The notes beneath the pieces are model-generated. The model was not told where the DNA came from. It searched no databases and saw nothing but the letters and a program-made list of their open reading frames with translations. A program made the position numbers and the translations under genes. 64,000 bases of DNA, taken from positions 644,801 through 708,800 of the forward strand of contig CAYGFH010000001.1 of assembly GCA_964349125.1 (NCBI GenBank), given 5' to 3'. Position 1 is the stretch's first letter, and the number at the start of each line of letters is the position of its first letter. This DNA comes from an uncultured Gammaproteobacteria bacterium (lineage in GTDB: Bacteria > Patescibacteriota > Microgenomatia > UBA10105 > UBA927). This document shows positions 35,597 through 44,242 of the stretch, one piece after another.

Positions 35597-37785
35597 GGTT
35601 GTTTCAGTATTCGTTTGGTATATCGCTCTCTCGATGAACGAATCACTTTTTCCCTATTTTGGTTACGAGACTTTGGAAGAGGCAGGGTTTTAGCAGAGAA
35701 CGGCTGGCTCGTATGATTGTCTATGGATAATTTCATTATCATCTCATAATTCCCCAACGCTACCAACTCACTCTCCGCGTATTTGTCACCAAATTCGCGC
35801 ACCAGGCTTCGGGCGTCTGCGGCGCCGACGCTGAAAGACATAATTGAACCCGCATTACCAAAAATTGCTTTTTGGACATCCTCATCGATTTGTCCTATGT
35901 ACTGGTTAGCAAGCGTTAGATCAAGCCGATATTTTCGTGCTTCCGATAAAATTTTAATAAACGATGTTGTTGCGAAATTCTGAAACTCGTCGACATAGAG
36001 ATAAAAGTCTCTGCGTTCAGTTTCTGCTAAGTACACGCGGTTCATGGCTGCAAGCTGAAATTTAGTGATTATCATAGCCCCCAATAAGGCGCTGCTATCC
36101 TCTCCTAGTTTTCCTTGCGACAGATTTACCAGCACAATTTTACCCTGATTCATGACATCTTCAAGATCTACTGTGGATGCACTGCTTCCCACGATATTTC
36201 TTATAGTCTGAGACGATAAGAATTGTCCCACCTTGTTGAGAATTGGAGACACGGCTTCCGAACGCATTTGTGGACTCATTTTGCCAAACTCGTTTACCCA
36301 GAAATTCTTGAGCACCTGATCGTTCATCTTTTCCACCACTTTAGCTCTATATGTTTCGTTGGTTAACAGCTCCGGGACCTGCAAGAGCGTACTACCCGGG
36401 ACGTTTGTGAGGGTGAGGATTGTGTTACGAAGGATATATTCAAGTCTGGGCCCCCAGCTTAAATGATAGAGTTTATAGAAAATAGAGACTATGCCCGAAG
36501 ATACAAGCTCTTTGTACGCGGGGTTTCTAATTTCAAGCGGATTCAAATGAAAAGGGTATTCTAAGTCTGATGGATCCAAATACACCACATCATTGATTCT
36601 ATGTGAGGGAACATAATCTAGCAAAATATCACAGAGATCACCATGCGGATCAACCACTGCGACGCCTTCGCCATTTTTCATATCATTGATAGCCATATTG
36701 GCAATCATTGTGGATTTTCCTGTTCCTGTTTTTCCAATTATGTACATATGTTTTCGCCTATCATCTTTTTTCACGCCGAACGTACACAGCTTGTTTTTGT
36801 ATTCGGTTCGACCAAAAAAGTTAATTTGTTTCTTCTCCTCTTCATTTTCCGTTGCAATTGGCAGATTTTCCGGTGCCTCCCCCGTTAATTGCGATCCCCA
36901 TGAGATATTTTTAATCATAGAAAGCGTGAGCCCTGGCGGGTGCCATAATGATGCAAGCTCAGAGGCGTTTAGTATTTGGTTTCTTGGCAGTAGATCTCCA
37001 CTCCTCGTAATCATCGCTTTTTCTAGGCGTTTTTTGTTCCAGAATGCGGGTTCTGTGAGCTGTAAGGAATTTCCTCCACCCAATGTATAGACGCCAAACG
37101 TCCCACCCAAAGAGTGAAGCAATTCTGTCGCACGATGCTCGCTGGCCGCTACGGTAGCAATTCTGACTGCTGCCGTAAATCCAACCTGTGCGATTTTTGT
37201 TTCTATGAGCCTTGCGTGTGGATGAGCTTTCATCCGACCGGGAGTCGGAGAGCTCACATCGGGAATTCCACGGGCTACCACTGCCGCTGCGGTATGCTGC
37301 CAACCGTGCCCGGCAGGAGAAATCCAGACCTGTACAGCCGCCGCTTCCCCTACCGGCAATTTCGCCATCTGTCCCAAAACGCTTGCAAGAACATCCAGCT
37401 CTTTTACCTCTTTATATGTTTTGAGCGGGTAATAAAATGAGTTCGATAGCGTCAGGTGAGCGGCGGCATGTGGAAGAGTAAAAAAATGCGGAGCATAATC
37501 AGCAGACTGAGAAAGCAGCACTTTCGGGTACTGCGCCGTGATCTGACTTTCAACATAGGATTGGGAGAGCGATGGCATGCCAATAAAAAAATGCAGCCGC
37601 GAGTTCACGGATACTAATTCAAGGCTATAAAACTTTGGCGCATGTCGAGGCCCAAAAAGCTTGGCGAAAAATCCCCCATGCCCTCCTGTTGCACCAAGCG
37701 CGGCGTACACCTGTTCCATTGCGGCTGGTGTTTCCTCACTTTCTCTGGAATTTTTCACCTCCAGCAGTACAAACGAAGACTCCAT
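35593..37785 (-). CDS. VirD4/TraG-like type IV coupling-protein ATPase with atypical soluble N-terminal domain
   Basis: 730 aa. Walker A YIIGKTGTGKST, VVDPHGD, Walker B LYVDEFQNF and a TLANQYIGQID motif in the C-terminal ~400 aa. The N-terminal ~330 aa have no TM helices and no recognised motif. Confidence 0.6.
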   Translation of the reverse strand: MESSFVLLEVKNSRESEETPAAMEQVYAALGATGGHGGFFAKLFGPRHAPKFYSLELVSVNSRLHFFIGMPSLSQSYVESQITAQYPKVLLSQSADYAPHFFTLPHAAAHLTLSNSFYYPLKTYKEVKELDVLASVLGQMAKLPVGEAAAVQVWISPAGHGWQHTAAAVVARGIPDVSSPTPGRMKAHPHARLIETKIAQVGFTAAVRIATVAASEHRATELLHSLGGTFGVYTLGGGNSLQLTEPAFWNKKRLEKAMITRSGDLLPRNQILNASELASLWHPPGLTLSMIKNISWGSQLTGEAPENLPIATENEEEKKQINFFGRTEYKNKLCTFGVKKDDRRKHMYIIGKTGTGKSTMIANMAINDMKNGEGVAVVDPHGDLCDILLDYVPSHRINDVVYLDPSDLEYPFHLNPLEIRNPAYKELVSSGIVSIFYKLYHLSWGPRLEYILRNTILTLTNVPGSTLLQVPELLTNETYRAKVVEKMNDQVLKNFWVNEFGKMSPQMRSEAVSPILNKVGQFLSSQTIRNIVGSSASTVDLEDVMNQGKIVLVNLSQGKLGEDSSALLGAMIITKFQLAAMNRVYLAETERRDFYLYVDEFQNFATTSFIKILSEARKYRLDLTLANQYIGQIDEDVQKAIFGNAGSIMSFSVGAADARSLVREFGDKYAESELVALGNYEMIMKLSIDNHTSQPFSAKTLPLPKSRNQNREKVIRSSRERYTKRILKQP

Positions 37786-37953
37786 GGGTTCATATTATCA
37801 CAAACAACAGGTGCTTCATGCTTGAGCATGATTCGACCCCACGCCGAGATGATCATCATTGTCGGCGTGAAAACTCAAATAATGAGTTTTCACGGTCCTG
37901 ATGCGCTTTGTGCTATTGCTAAACCCATAATACATTCGTAGAATATTTATACC

Positions 37954-39324
37954 ATGGATCAGCATCCTGTCCCACAAAATGTCACCACATTTCAGTTCCG
38001 GCTTATCGGAGACATGACCATTAAGCAATTCGGGCACCTCGCGGGCGGCGCCATCCTTGCCTACATTTCGTACAAACTCCCGCTGCCGTTCTTTTTTTCT
38101 TGGCCACTTACCATTATCTTTGCTCTCGGCGGCATTGGATTTGCGTTTGTTCCCATCGAAGAACGACCGATGGACGTTTGGGTGCTGTCTTTTTTGAAAA
38201 ATGTATATAGTCCAACTATATACGTGTGGGAGAGGTCGCCAAGCGTAATCACACCTGTGGTTTCACGGGTACAACCAGTGCACCCTAGTGCCCCTGTTAT
38301 CGCACCGCGTCAACAGCCATCGCCCCCCGCAGTCAGACCTCCGTTGCCGCAGGGGCAAATGGCAGCGCAAGTGCACCCGACCCAACCTGTTGCACAGAAA
38401 TCAGCTGCAAGCGTTGTAAATACCATGTATGCCGCGAAACTCGCCACAGGACAACAGTACACCTCACAGGGACAATTGCCTCAACAGCAAGCGCCTGGAA
38501 TGTTTGACTGGCTATCATCACTCTTTTGGCCAAAGACACGGATACAGATCCCTCAGCCCACACCCCAACAGGCCCCTCATATGGCAACACCTTCTGTGGT
38601 GGGTAATCATCTTGATATGTCCACTCCCCCGGCTGTTGCAAAACAGCCTATCAACACGCCTCCACGAGATTCTGAAGAGAAAAAAGAAAAACTGGATGAA
38701 AAACTCTCTGTACTTAAGCACGAACTGGAAGACCACTCCATTTCTCAGGCGCGAATTTTGGAACTTCAAAAGCAACTAACGGAAGTGCTGATGCAAAAAG
38801 ATATAATGGCCGCCGAAATGCAGGCCATGCAAAAACAACTAAACACGGTGGCTGCTCCCCAATCAGCTTTGCCAGTACGGCCAACGATCCCCTCGGCACA
38901 ACAACAACAGGTACCCCAGCCCACGCCACAACAGAAGCAACCGACAGTAAAGATTATTACGCCCGAAGGGGCCGTACGAGCGGGGCTTCCACGACTGACG
39001 ACATTCCCCAACGTGGTAACAGGCATTACAAAGGACAGCGATAACAATCTTCTTCCTGGTGTGCTTGTTACTGTAAAGGATAAGGATGGAGTCCCTGTGC
39101 GCGCTCTCAAAACAAACAGGCTTGGTCAGTTTGCCGCATCGACTCCGCTATCAAATGGTGTGTACTTTGTAGAGATAGAGGATCCAAGACAACGATATAC
39201 CTTTGACCGGGTGCAAATAACACTCAACGGGTCCATTGTCCCGGCATTGGAAATTATTACAAAGAGTCAAAAGCAGATATCACGGGATAAACTGGCAAAA
39301 GAATTATTTGGAAACACAGCATAA
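37954..39324 (+). CDS. PrgI/VirB3-like membrane protein with long Pro/Gln-rich linker, coiled coil and C-terminal beta domain
   Basis: 456 aa. The N-terminus FQFRLIGDMTIKQFGHLAGGAILAYISYKLPLPFFFSWPLTIIFALGGIGFAFVPIEERPMDVWVLSFL resembles the PrgI/VirB3 family (two TM). This is followed by ~200 aa of P/Q-rich low complexity, a coiled coil, and a C-terminal region with a carboxypeptidase-regulatory-like beta pattern (LPGVLVTVKDKDGVPV). Confidence 0.4.
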   Translation: MDQHPVPQNVTTFQFRLIGDMTIKQFGHLAGGAILAYISYKLPLPFFFSWPLTIIFALGGIGFAFVPIEERPMDVWVLSFLKNVYSPTIYVWERSPSVITPVVSRVQPVHPSAPVIAPRQQPSPPAVRPPLPQGQMAAQVHPTQPVAQKSAASVVNTMYAAKLATGQQYTSQGQLPQQQAPGMFDWLSSLFWPKTRIQIPQPTPQQAPHMATPSVVGNHLDMSTPPAVAKQPINTPPRDSEEKKEKLDEKLSVLKHELEDHSISQARILELQKQLTEVLMQKDIMAAEMQAMQKQLNTVAAPQSALPVRPTIPSAQQQQVPQPTPQQKQPTVKIITPEGAVRAGLPRLTTFPNVVTGITKDSDNNLLPGVLVTVKDKDGVPVRALKTNRLGQFAASTPLSNGVYFVEIEDPRQRYTFDRVQITLNGSIVPALEIITKSQKQISRDKLAKELFGNTA

Positions 39325-39325
39325 T

Positions 39326-39985
39326 ATGACAGACGCAATCGTCCCTATCAAATCCACCACACAGGTTTTCACAGAGGTGGAAGCCATCGAACAAAATATT
39401 CTTATTTTTGTCGACGGTTCATGCTCGTTGGTTATTTCTGCATCAGCTGTTAATTTTGGTCTGTTGTCTGAGCGTGAACAAGACGCAATTATATCATCAT
39501 ATGCCGGACTGCTAAACTCTCTGTCTTTTCCGATTGAATTACTTATTCGCACACAGCACAAAGATGTTACTGCATACTTGCATCTGTTGGAAGACCAGGA
39601 GAGAAAACAGACAAATCCAAAACTCGCAAAAAGCATTCATGATTATCGAATTTTTGTGGCTGCAACGGTAAAAGAAAAGGATGTTTTGGATAAAAAGTTT
39701 TATATTGTTGTCCCTTTTTCGAGTCTTGAGCTCGGAGCATCGCCCAGCGTGTTTTTTGGTACCAAAAAGCGGGGCTTGCCATATAAAAAGCAATATATTA
39801 TCGAAAAGGCGCTTTCGGCCCTCAATCCAAAGCGGGATCACGTTATTCGATTGCTAAACAAACTTGGCCTTCATGCGCATCAGCTTACTAATGAGCAATT
39901 AGTAAAACTCCTCTTTACTACGTATAACGCCGGTGTGCCCACTCCTGATGACGAAACAATACATAAGGCACTTCACTCAACATAG
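39326..39985 (+). CDS. VirB4 N-terminal-domain-like protein (probable 5' portion of a split virB4)
   Basis: 219 aa. IFVDGSCSLVISASAVNFGLLSEREQDAIISSYAGLLNSLSFPIELLIRTQ resembles the CagE/TrbE/VirB4 N-terminal family block. It ends at a TAG that is in-frame with the downstream VirB4 ATPase ORF (6-nt gap). Confidence 0.45.
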   Translation: MTDAIVPIKSTTQVFTEVEAIEQNILIFVDGSCSLVISASAVNFGLLSEREQDAIISSYAGLLNSLSFPIELLIRTQHKDVTAYLHLLEDQERKQTNPKLAKSIHDYRIFVAATVKEKDVLDKKFYIVVPFSSLELGASPSVFFGTKKRGLPYKKQYIIEKALSALNPKRDHVIRLLNKLGLHAHQLTNEQLVKLLFTTYNAGVPTPDDETIHKALHST

Positions 39986-39991
39986 AACAAT

Positions 39992-41926
39992 ATGACATCT
40001 TTTTTTCAAAAAATTCTTGGTCAACAGATACCCACACAGGTAAGTGCGCCGGTCGTGCATTCAACTGATCCGATTAGCGTTTGTGATCTCGTTGCCCCTC
40101 CTTCCATCGAAGTGGATTTTGATATGCTAAAAATTGGAGGATATTACTATAGAACATTATTTATTGCAGGGTACCCTCGTTTTGTCAGCGCAAACTGGCT
40201 TGAGCCGCTTATTTCATTCAACCACACACTGGATATTTCCATGTATATATATCCCACAAGAAGCGAAGAGGTGCTTGAAAATCTCAAGCGTAAGGTTGGT
40301 GAAATGGAAGCAACCATACAGTCGGATATGAAAAGAGGCCGAGTTATTGAACCATCAATTCAAGTGGCATTAGAAGACGCGCTGGCGCTTCAACAGGAGC
40401 TCGCTAAGGGCGCTCAGCGATTCTTTCAATTTGGATTGTATGTCACCATACCGGCAAGAGACATAGAAGACTTAAATAAAGCGAGCAAACAAGTTGAGGC
40501 AACGCTATCATCACTGCTCATTGTGACAAAACGGGCAACTTTGCAAATGGATGAGGGTTTTAAGACTACCCTTCCCATGGGTCAGGATAGAATTGTTGTG
40601 ACAAGAAACATGGACACAACATCACTCGCCACCACATTTCCGTTTACCACATCTGAACTCACCGCAAATGAAGGAATTCTCTACGGCATCAATCAACACA
40701 ATGACAGTCTTGTTATTTTTGACCGCTTTACATTGGAGAACGCCAATACAGTGGTGTTCGGAAAGTCAGGCGCCGGAAAATCGTTTTTAGTGAAGCTCGA
40801 GATTCTTCGAAGTCTTATGTTTGATACTGAGGTAATTGTCATTGATCCTGAAAATGAATATGAAACACTCACACATGCGCTGGGTGGCGAGTATATCCGG
40901 TTTCATTTTGGAGCAACCACAAAAGTGAATCCTTTTGACTTAGCACTCTTGCATCAGAAGGGCGCGATACAGGAAGATAGTGAGCTAAATCAAAAAATTT
41001 TATCGCTTCATGGGTTTTTCCGTGTTGTCATGGGCAAACTAAACGCTATGGAAGACGCGCTGCTTGATCGGGCGTTAATCCTGACATATAAAATGAAGGG
41101 AATTACGCCTGACCCGGAAACACAGTCAAAAGAACCACCGCTCATGGAGGATTTATATAAAACGCTGGTTGGCATGGAAGACACTGTAGCGAGAGGTTTA
41201 GCTGATCGTATCGAAAAATTTGTAAAGGGAAGTTTGGTTGGTATATTTGACCATCAAACTAATTTTGAAATCAGAAATCAATTAACCGTATTTTCAATTC
41301 GAGATCTTGAAGATGAACTGAGACCAATAGCTATGTATCTCATTCTGGATTTTATCTGGACAAAGGTGCGCAGAAATATCAAAAGACGCATTTTGATAGT
41401 TGATGAGGCATGGTATATGATGAAGTATCCTGACTCTGCCGCTTTTTTAAACTCTATTGCTAAGAGAGCCAGAAAATATTATCTCGGACTGACAACTATC
41501 ACGCAGGACGTTGAGGATTTCATGTCCGTTGATCTTGGAAAAACAATTATTCAAAACAGCTCGCTGCAGATTTTACTCAAACAATCAACGGCAGCGATAG
41601 ACAGAATTGCAGACGTGTTTTTTCTCTCTGAAGGCGAGCGCCACTTTTTACTGTCTGCAGGTGTTGGAGAAGGACTTTTCTTCGCGGGAAGCGCGCATGC
41701 CGCAATTAGAGTGATCGCATCTCCTCAGGAAACTGCACTTATCACGACAAAACCGCAGGATCTTCAGGCAAAAGCAGACGCCGCGACGTCTCCCCCTGTT
41801 ACCAAGCCAGCGGCTATGTCAGTCGAGGTTATCTCTCCCGCTCAACCTGTACAAACGGATGTTCACCCGCTTGGAACAGCAAATCGACCTATATTCACCA
41901 CAGAATCTCTGCCAGAAAAACCATAA
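39992..41926 (+). CDS. virB4: VirB4/TrbE-family type IV secretion ATPase (ATPase portion)
   Basis: 644 aa. Walker A VVFGKSGAGKSF, VIVIDPENEY and Walker B ILIVDEAWYMM, plus the upstream GGYYYRTLFIAGYPRFV...LDISMYIYP block typical of VirB4. About 180 aa shorter at the N-terminus than typical VirB4. Confidence 0.8.
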   Translation: MTSFFQKILGQQIPTQVSAPVVHSTDPISVCDLVAPPSIEVDFDMLKIGGYYYRTLFIAGYPRFVSANWLEPLISFNHTLDISMYIYPTRSEEVLENLKRKVGEMEATIQSDMKRGRVIEPSIQVALEDALALQQELAKGAQRFFQFGLYVTIPARDIEDLNKASKQVEATLSSLLIVTKRATLQMDEGFKTTLPMGQDRIVVTRNMDTTSLATTFPFTTSELTANEGILYGINQHNDSLVIFDRFTLENANTVVFGKSGAGKSFLVKLEILRSLMFDTEVIVIDPENEYETLTHALGGEYIRFHFGATTKVNPFDLALLHQKGAIQEDSELNQKILSLHGFFRVVMGKLNAMEDALLDRALILTYKMKGITPDPETQSKEPPLMEDLYKTLVGMEDTVARGLADRIEKFVKGSLVGIFDHQTNFEIRNQLTVFSIRDLEDELRPIAMYLILDFIWTKVRRNIKRRILIVDEAWYMMKYPDSAAFLNSIAKRARKYYLGLTTITQDVEDFMSVDLGKTIIQNSSLQILLKQSTAAIDRIADVFFLSEGERHFLLSAGVGEGLFFAGSAHAAIRVIASPQETALITTKPQDLQAKADAATSPPVTKPAAMSVEVISPAQPVQTDVHPLGTANRPIFTTESLPEKP

Positions 41927-41929
41927 ACC

Positions 41930-44242
41930 ATGGATGATGATAAAAAAAAGATAACCTTAAAAGAATACATTGACTCTGCACAGATCGCTTCGGGTGTAGA
42001 AAAGTTCGACGTATCAGGATTTTTATCGGGGCTGGATGCATACGGAGCGATGCCAGAAGGTGTTTCTGGAATTGTGGCCAGCCTATACACCTCCGCTCCG
42101 GATCGTCGTGCCAGTCTCATAAAACAGCTATATGCAGAGCTTCAGGCGGCGCCGGGATCATCAGAAGCGCCGAACCTCCCGCAACTATCAACCTCCGAAG
42201 AAGTTCAATCCGCGCTTCCTGTTGCAGCCGTTTCAGAGAGAAGGAGACAAGCGCACATAGATACGGGTGCATATGTCATACATCAGCATGACATGCGAAG
42301 CTCTGAGCTGAAGTCTGTTGAAAAAAACATACGATGGCGCAGAGAGGTAACACAACAATTTTTTGCAAAGATTCAAAAGAAAAGGCTGTACGAATCAATT
42401 GGTGTTCCAGAATCAGAAGCAAAAAAAGCAATTGAGAAAGCACTGGAAGAGCCAATTTATGAGACGAATCGAAAAAAAATTGAAAAAATCATAGCAGAAC
42501 GCATAAGCAATCACGAGGTTTTTAGGCAAAACAAGGAAGAGTTCCAGGGAATCTTCGAAGAAGTTGCGTCAACAGCAACAGTATCCTATGCCCCTCTTTC
42601 AGACGAATTGACAAGAACAGCGGTGGGGGCCGTGCTCGAAAACAGGACGCTTGAGGACGTTCGCCCAGTATTAAATACATTTGCTTCAGTGTCGCAGCAA
42701 GACGGGTATGCGTCACCGTTGGAGCTTAGTGCTGCAGTCAAAAAAGCAAAGATAGTTGCAAGCGTCGCCGCGGGTAAACCCAACGATCTAAAGATAGATT
42801 CAGCTGCGGCACTGAGTTTTAGCACGAGTATTCGGTCGATTCAACAGTCACCAGAGCACAAAAAAAGGGTGGTTGAAAAAGTTGCGGTTGATGACTACGG
42901 TCGATCGTTGGTTGAGAGCGGAGAGGTGGATGAGTTTATTCGGAGAAGCGAAAAATACTCAGCACATTCGCTTAAAAACAAAGTTACCGGATATGTTGCT
43001 CCGGCGTATTCTCCGGACACCGATGCGATTGAATACATTGCCGCAGAAATTCGGCACAACCCAACAGGGCTAGCGACCGCTGAGGGCTTATATATGGCAA
43101 AGGCGCACGCCAGCACATCTCATCCCACGCACTTTGAATTTCATCTCCCTGATTTTTCTTGGTTTATTCGTTCTGGACAAAAACAACCAGGGCTAACCGT
43201 GGCGGGAAAGACAATTACTGGCGGATTAGCAAGAGAGCTGGGAACACAGGCATTACTTAAGATGGGATTTGGTGCAACATCTAAGATTGTGCTTGTCGGA
43301 GCGCCTGTAATTGGATGGGCAATCCTGCTTTGGACCACATTTTCGGGAACAATTAAAAATGTGGCAAATTCGACAGTCGGAAAACTGTTAAACGGCGGAC
43401 TTGGATCTCTCCGTGCAGCAAGTGGAGCCTTTGGCGGTTTTGTTCAAAATGCACTACATACCAAATATGAAGATCCAGCCGCAGTAAATGCCACGAGCCT
43501 TGCGGTGTTTGCGGCCGTTGCTCCAATCATCTTGACCATGGGACTTGTCTTTCAAACAATGGCTACGCATCGCGCACAGTTTTTGCCTATTAGCTCTGGT
43601 ATTGCTCCAGGAGGCCCCCCCATTGACTGCACGCAAGAACCGGATAAGAGTGGGCCTGCGTGCAACCTTTCAAAATGCGAGGTTAAAAAGCCCGGTGATT
43701 GCCAGTGGCCGTTAGAAAAGACCTCTGGTGCGTGTATTATAGAAGGACCCTTCGTAGGGACGCACAGCTCGTGTGGTCTTTCAGGAGTCGATTTTATTTC
43801 CCGAGACGCAAACCAGGCCGGGCTTTTCGGTGCCAAGGTGTTTACTCCTTATGCTGGGACGGTCGAGGCGTCCGTATTTGGCTACGATGATTACAGTGGC
43901 AAGGCGGGTAGTCAAGATGGTGGGACATATGGAAATCATGTTATTGTAAAAACAGAGGATGGTGGAAGACTCATGTTTGCACATCTACGCAACATCCAAA
44001 CGGTTAACTCTGGTGATTCCGTCGATTCAGGGACGGTGGTTGGCTTTGTTGATAGCACGGGATACTCTCTTGGGGTACATTTGCACTATGAGGATCTGGG
44101 CGCATCAAGAACATGTCCGAGAAGCGGAGCTGATATAAATAAATATACACCGTTTCCTGTGCCTGCTTGCGAAGGGTTCGCAGACTGCGACGCAAAACTC
44201 AGAGCAGAGGGTCACGCCGCATGCTTATCAGAAATGCCATGA
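41930..44242 (+). CDS. large membrane-associated M23 (LytM-type) peptidase, likely cell-wall hydrolase of the secretion system
   Basis: 770 aa. The C-terminal M23 domain (GTYGNHVIVKTEDGGRLMFAHL...GVHLHYE) follows a central hydrophobic region with several TM helices and a long charged, helical N-terminal region. Confidence 0.7.
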   Translation: MDDDKKKITLKEYIDSAQIASGVEKFDVSGFLSGLDAYGAMPEGVSGIVASLYTSAPDRRASLIKQLYAELQAAPGSSEAPNLPQLSTSEEVQSALPVAAVSERRRQAHIDTGAYVIHQHDMRSSELKSVEKNIRWRREVTQQFFAKIQKKRLYESIGVPESEAKKAIEKALEEPIYETNRKKIEKIIAERISNHEVFRQNKEEFQGIFEEVASTATVSYAPLSDELTRTAVGAVLENRTLEDVRPVLNTFASVSQQDGYASPLELSAAVKKAKIVASVAAGKPNDLKIDSAAALSFSTSIRSIQQSPEHKKRVVEKVAVDDYGRSLVESGEVDEFIRRSEKYSAHSLKNKVTGYVAPAYSPDTDAIEYIAAEIRHNPTGLATAEGLYMAKAHASTSHPTHFEFHLPDFSWFIRSGQKQPGLTVAGKTITGGLARELGTQALLKMGFGATSKIVLVGAPVIGWAILLWTTFSGTIKNVANSTVGKLLNGGLGSLRAASGAFGGFVQNALHTKYEDPAAVNATSLAVFAAVAPIILTMGLVFQTMATHRAQFLPISSGIAPGGPPIDCTQEPDKSGPACNLSKCEVKKPGDCQWPLEKTSGACIIEGPFVGTHSSCGLSGVDFISRDANQAGLFGAKVFTPYAGTVEASVFGYDDYSGKAGSQDGGTYGNHVIVKTEDGGRLMFAHLRNIQTVNSGDSVDSGTVVGFVDSTGYSLGVHLHYEDLGASRTCPRSGADINKYTPFPVPACEGFADCDAKLRAEGHAACLSEMP

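Noticed and set aside
39983-39985. TAG between the two VirB4 ORFs as a reassigned sense codon (alternative genetic code)
   Set aside because: TAG also terminates other apparently complete genes in the window (51021-51023, 61945-61947), and TGA and TAA are used as stops. A global TAG reassignment is therefore unlikely. A split gene, mutation or local readthrough is more plausible.
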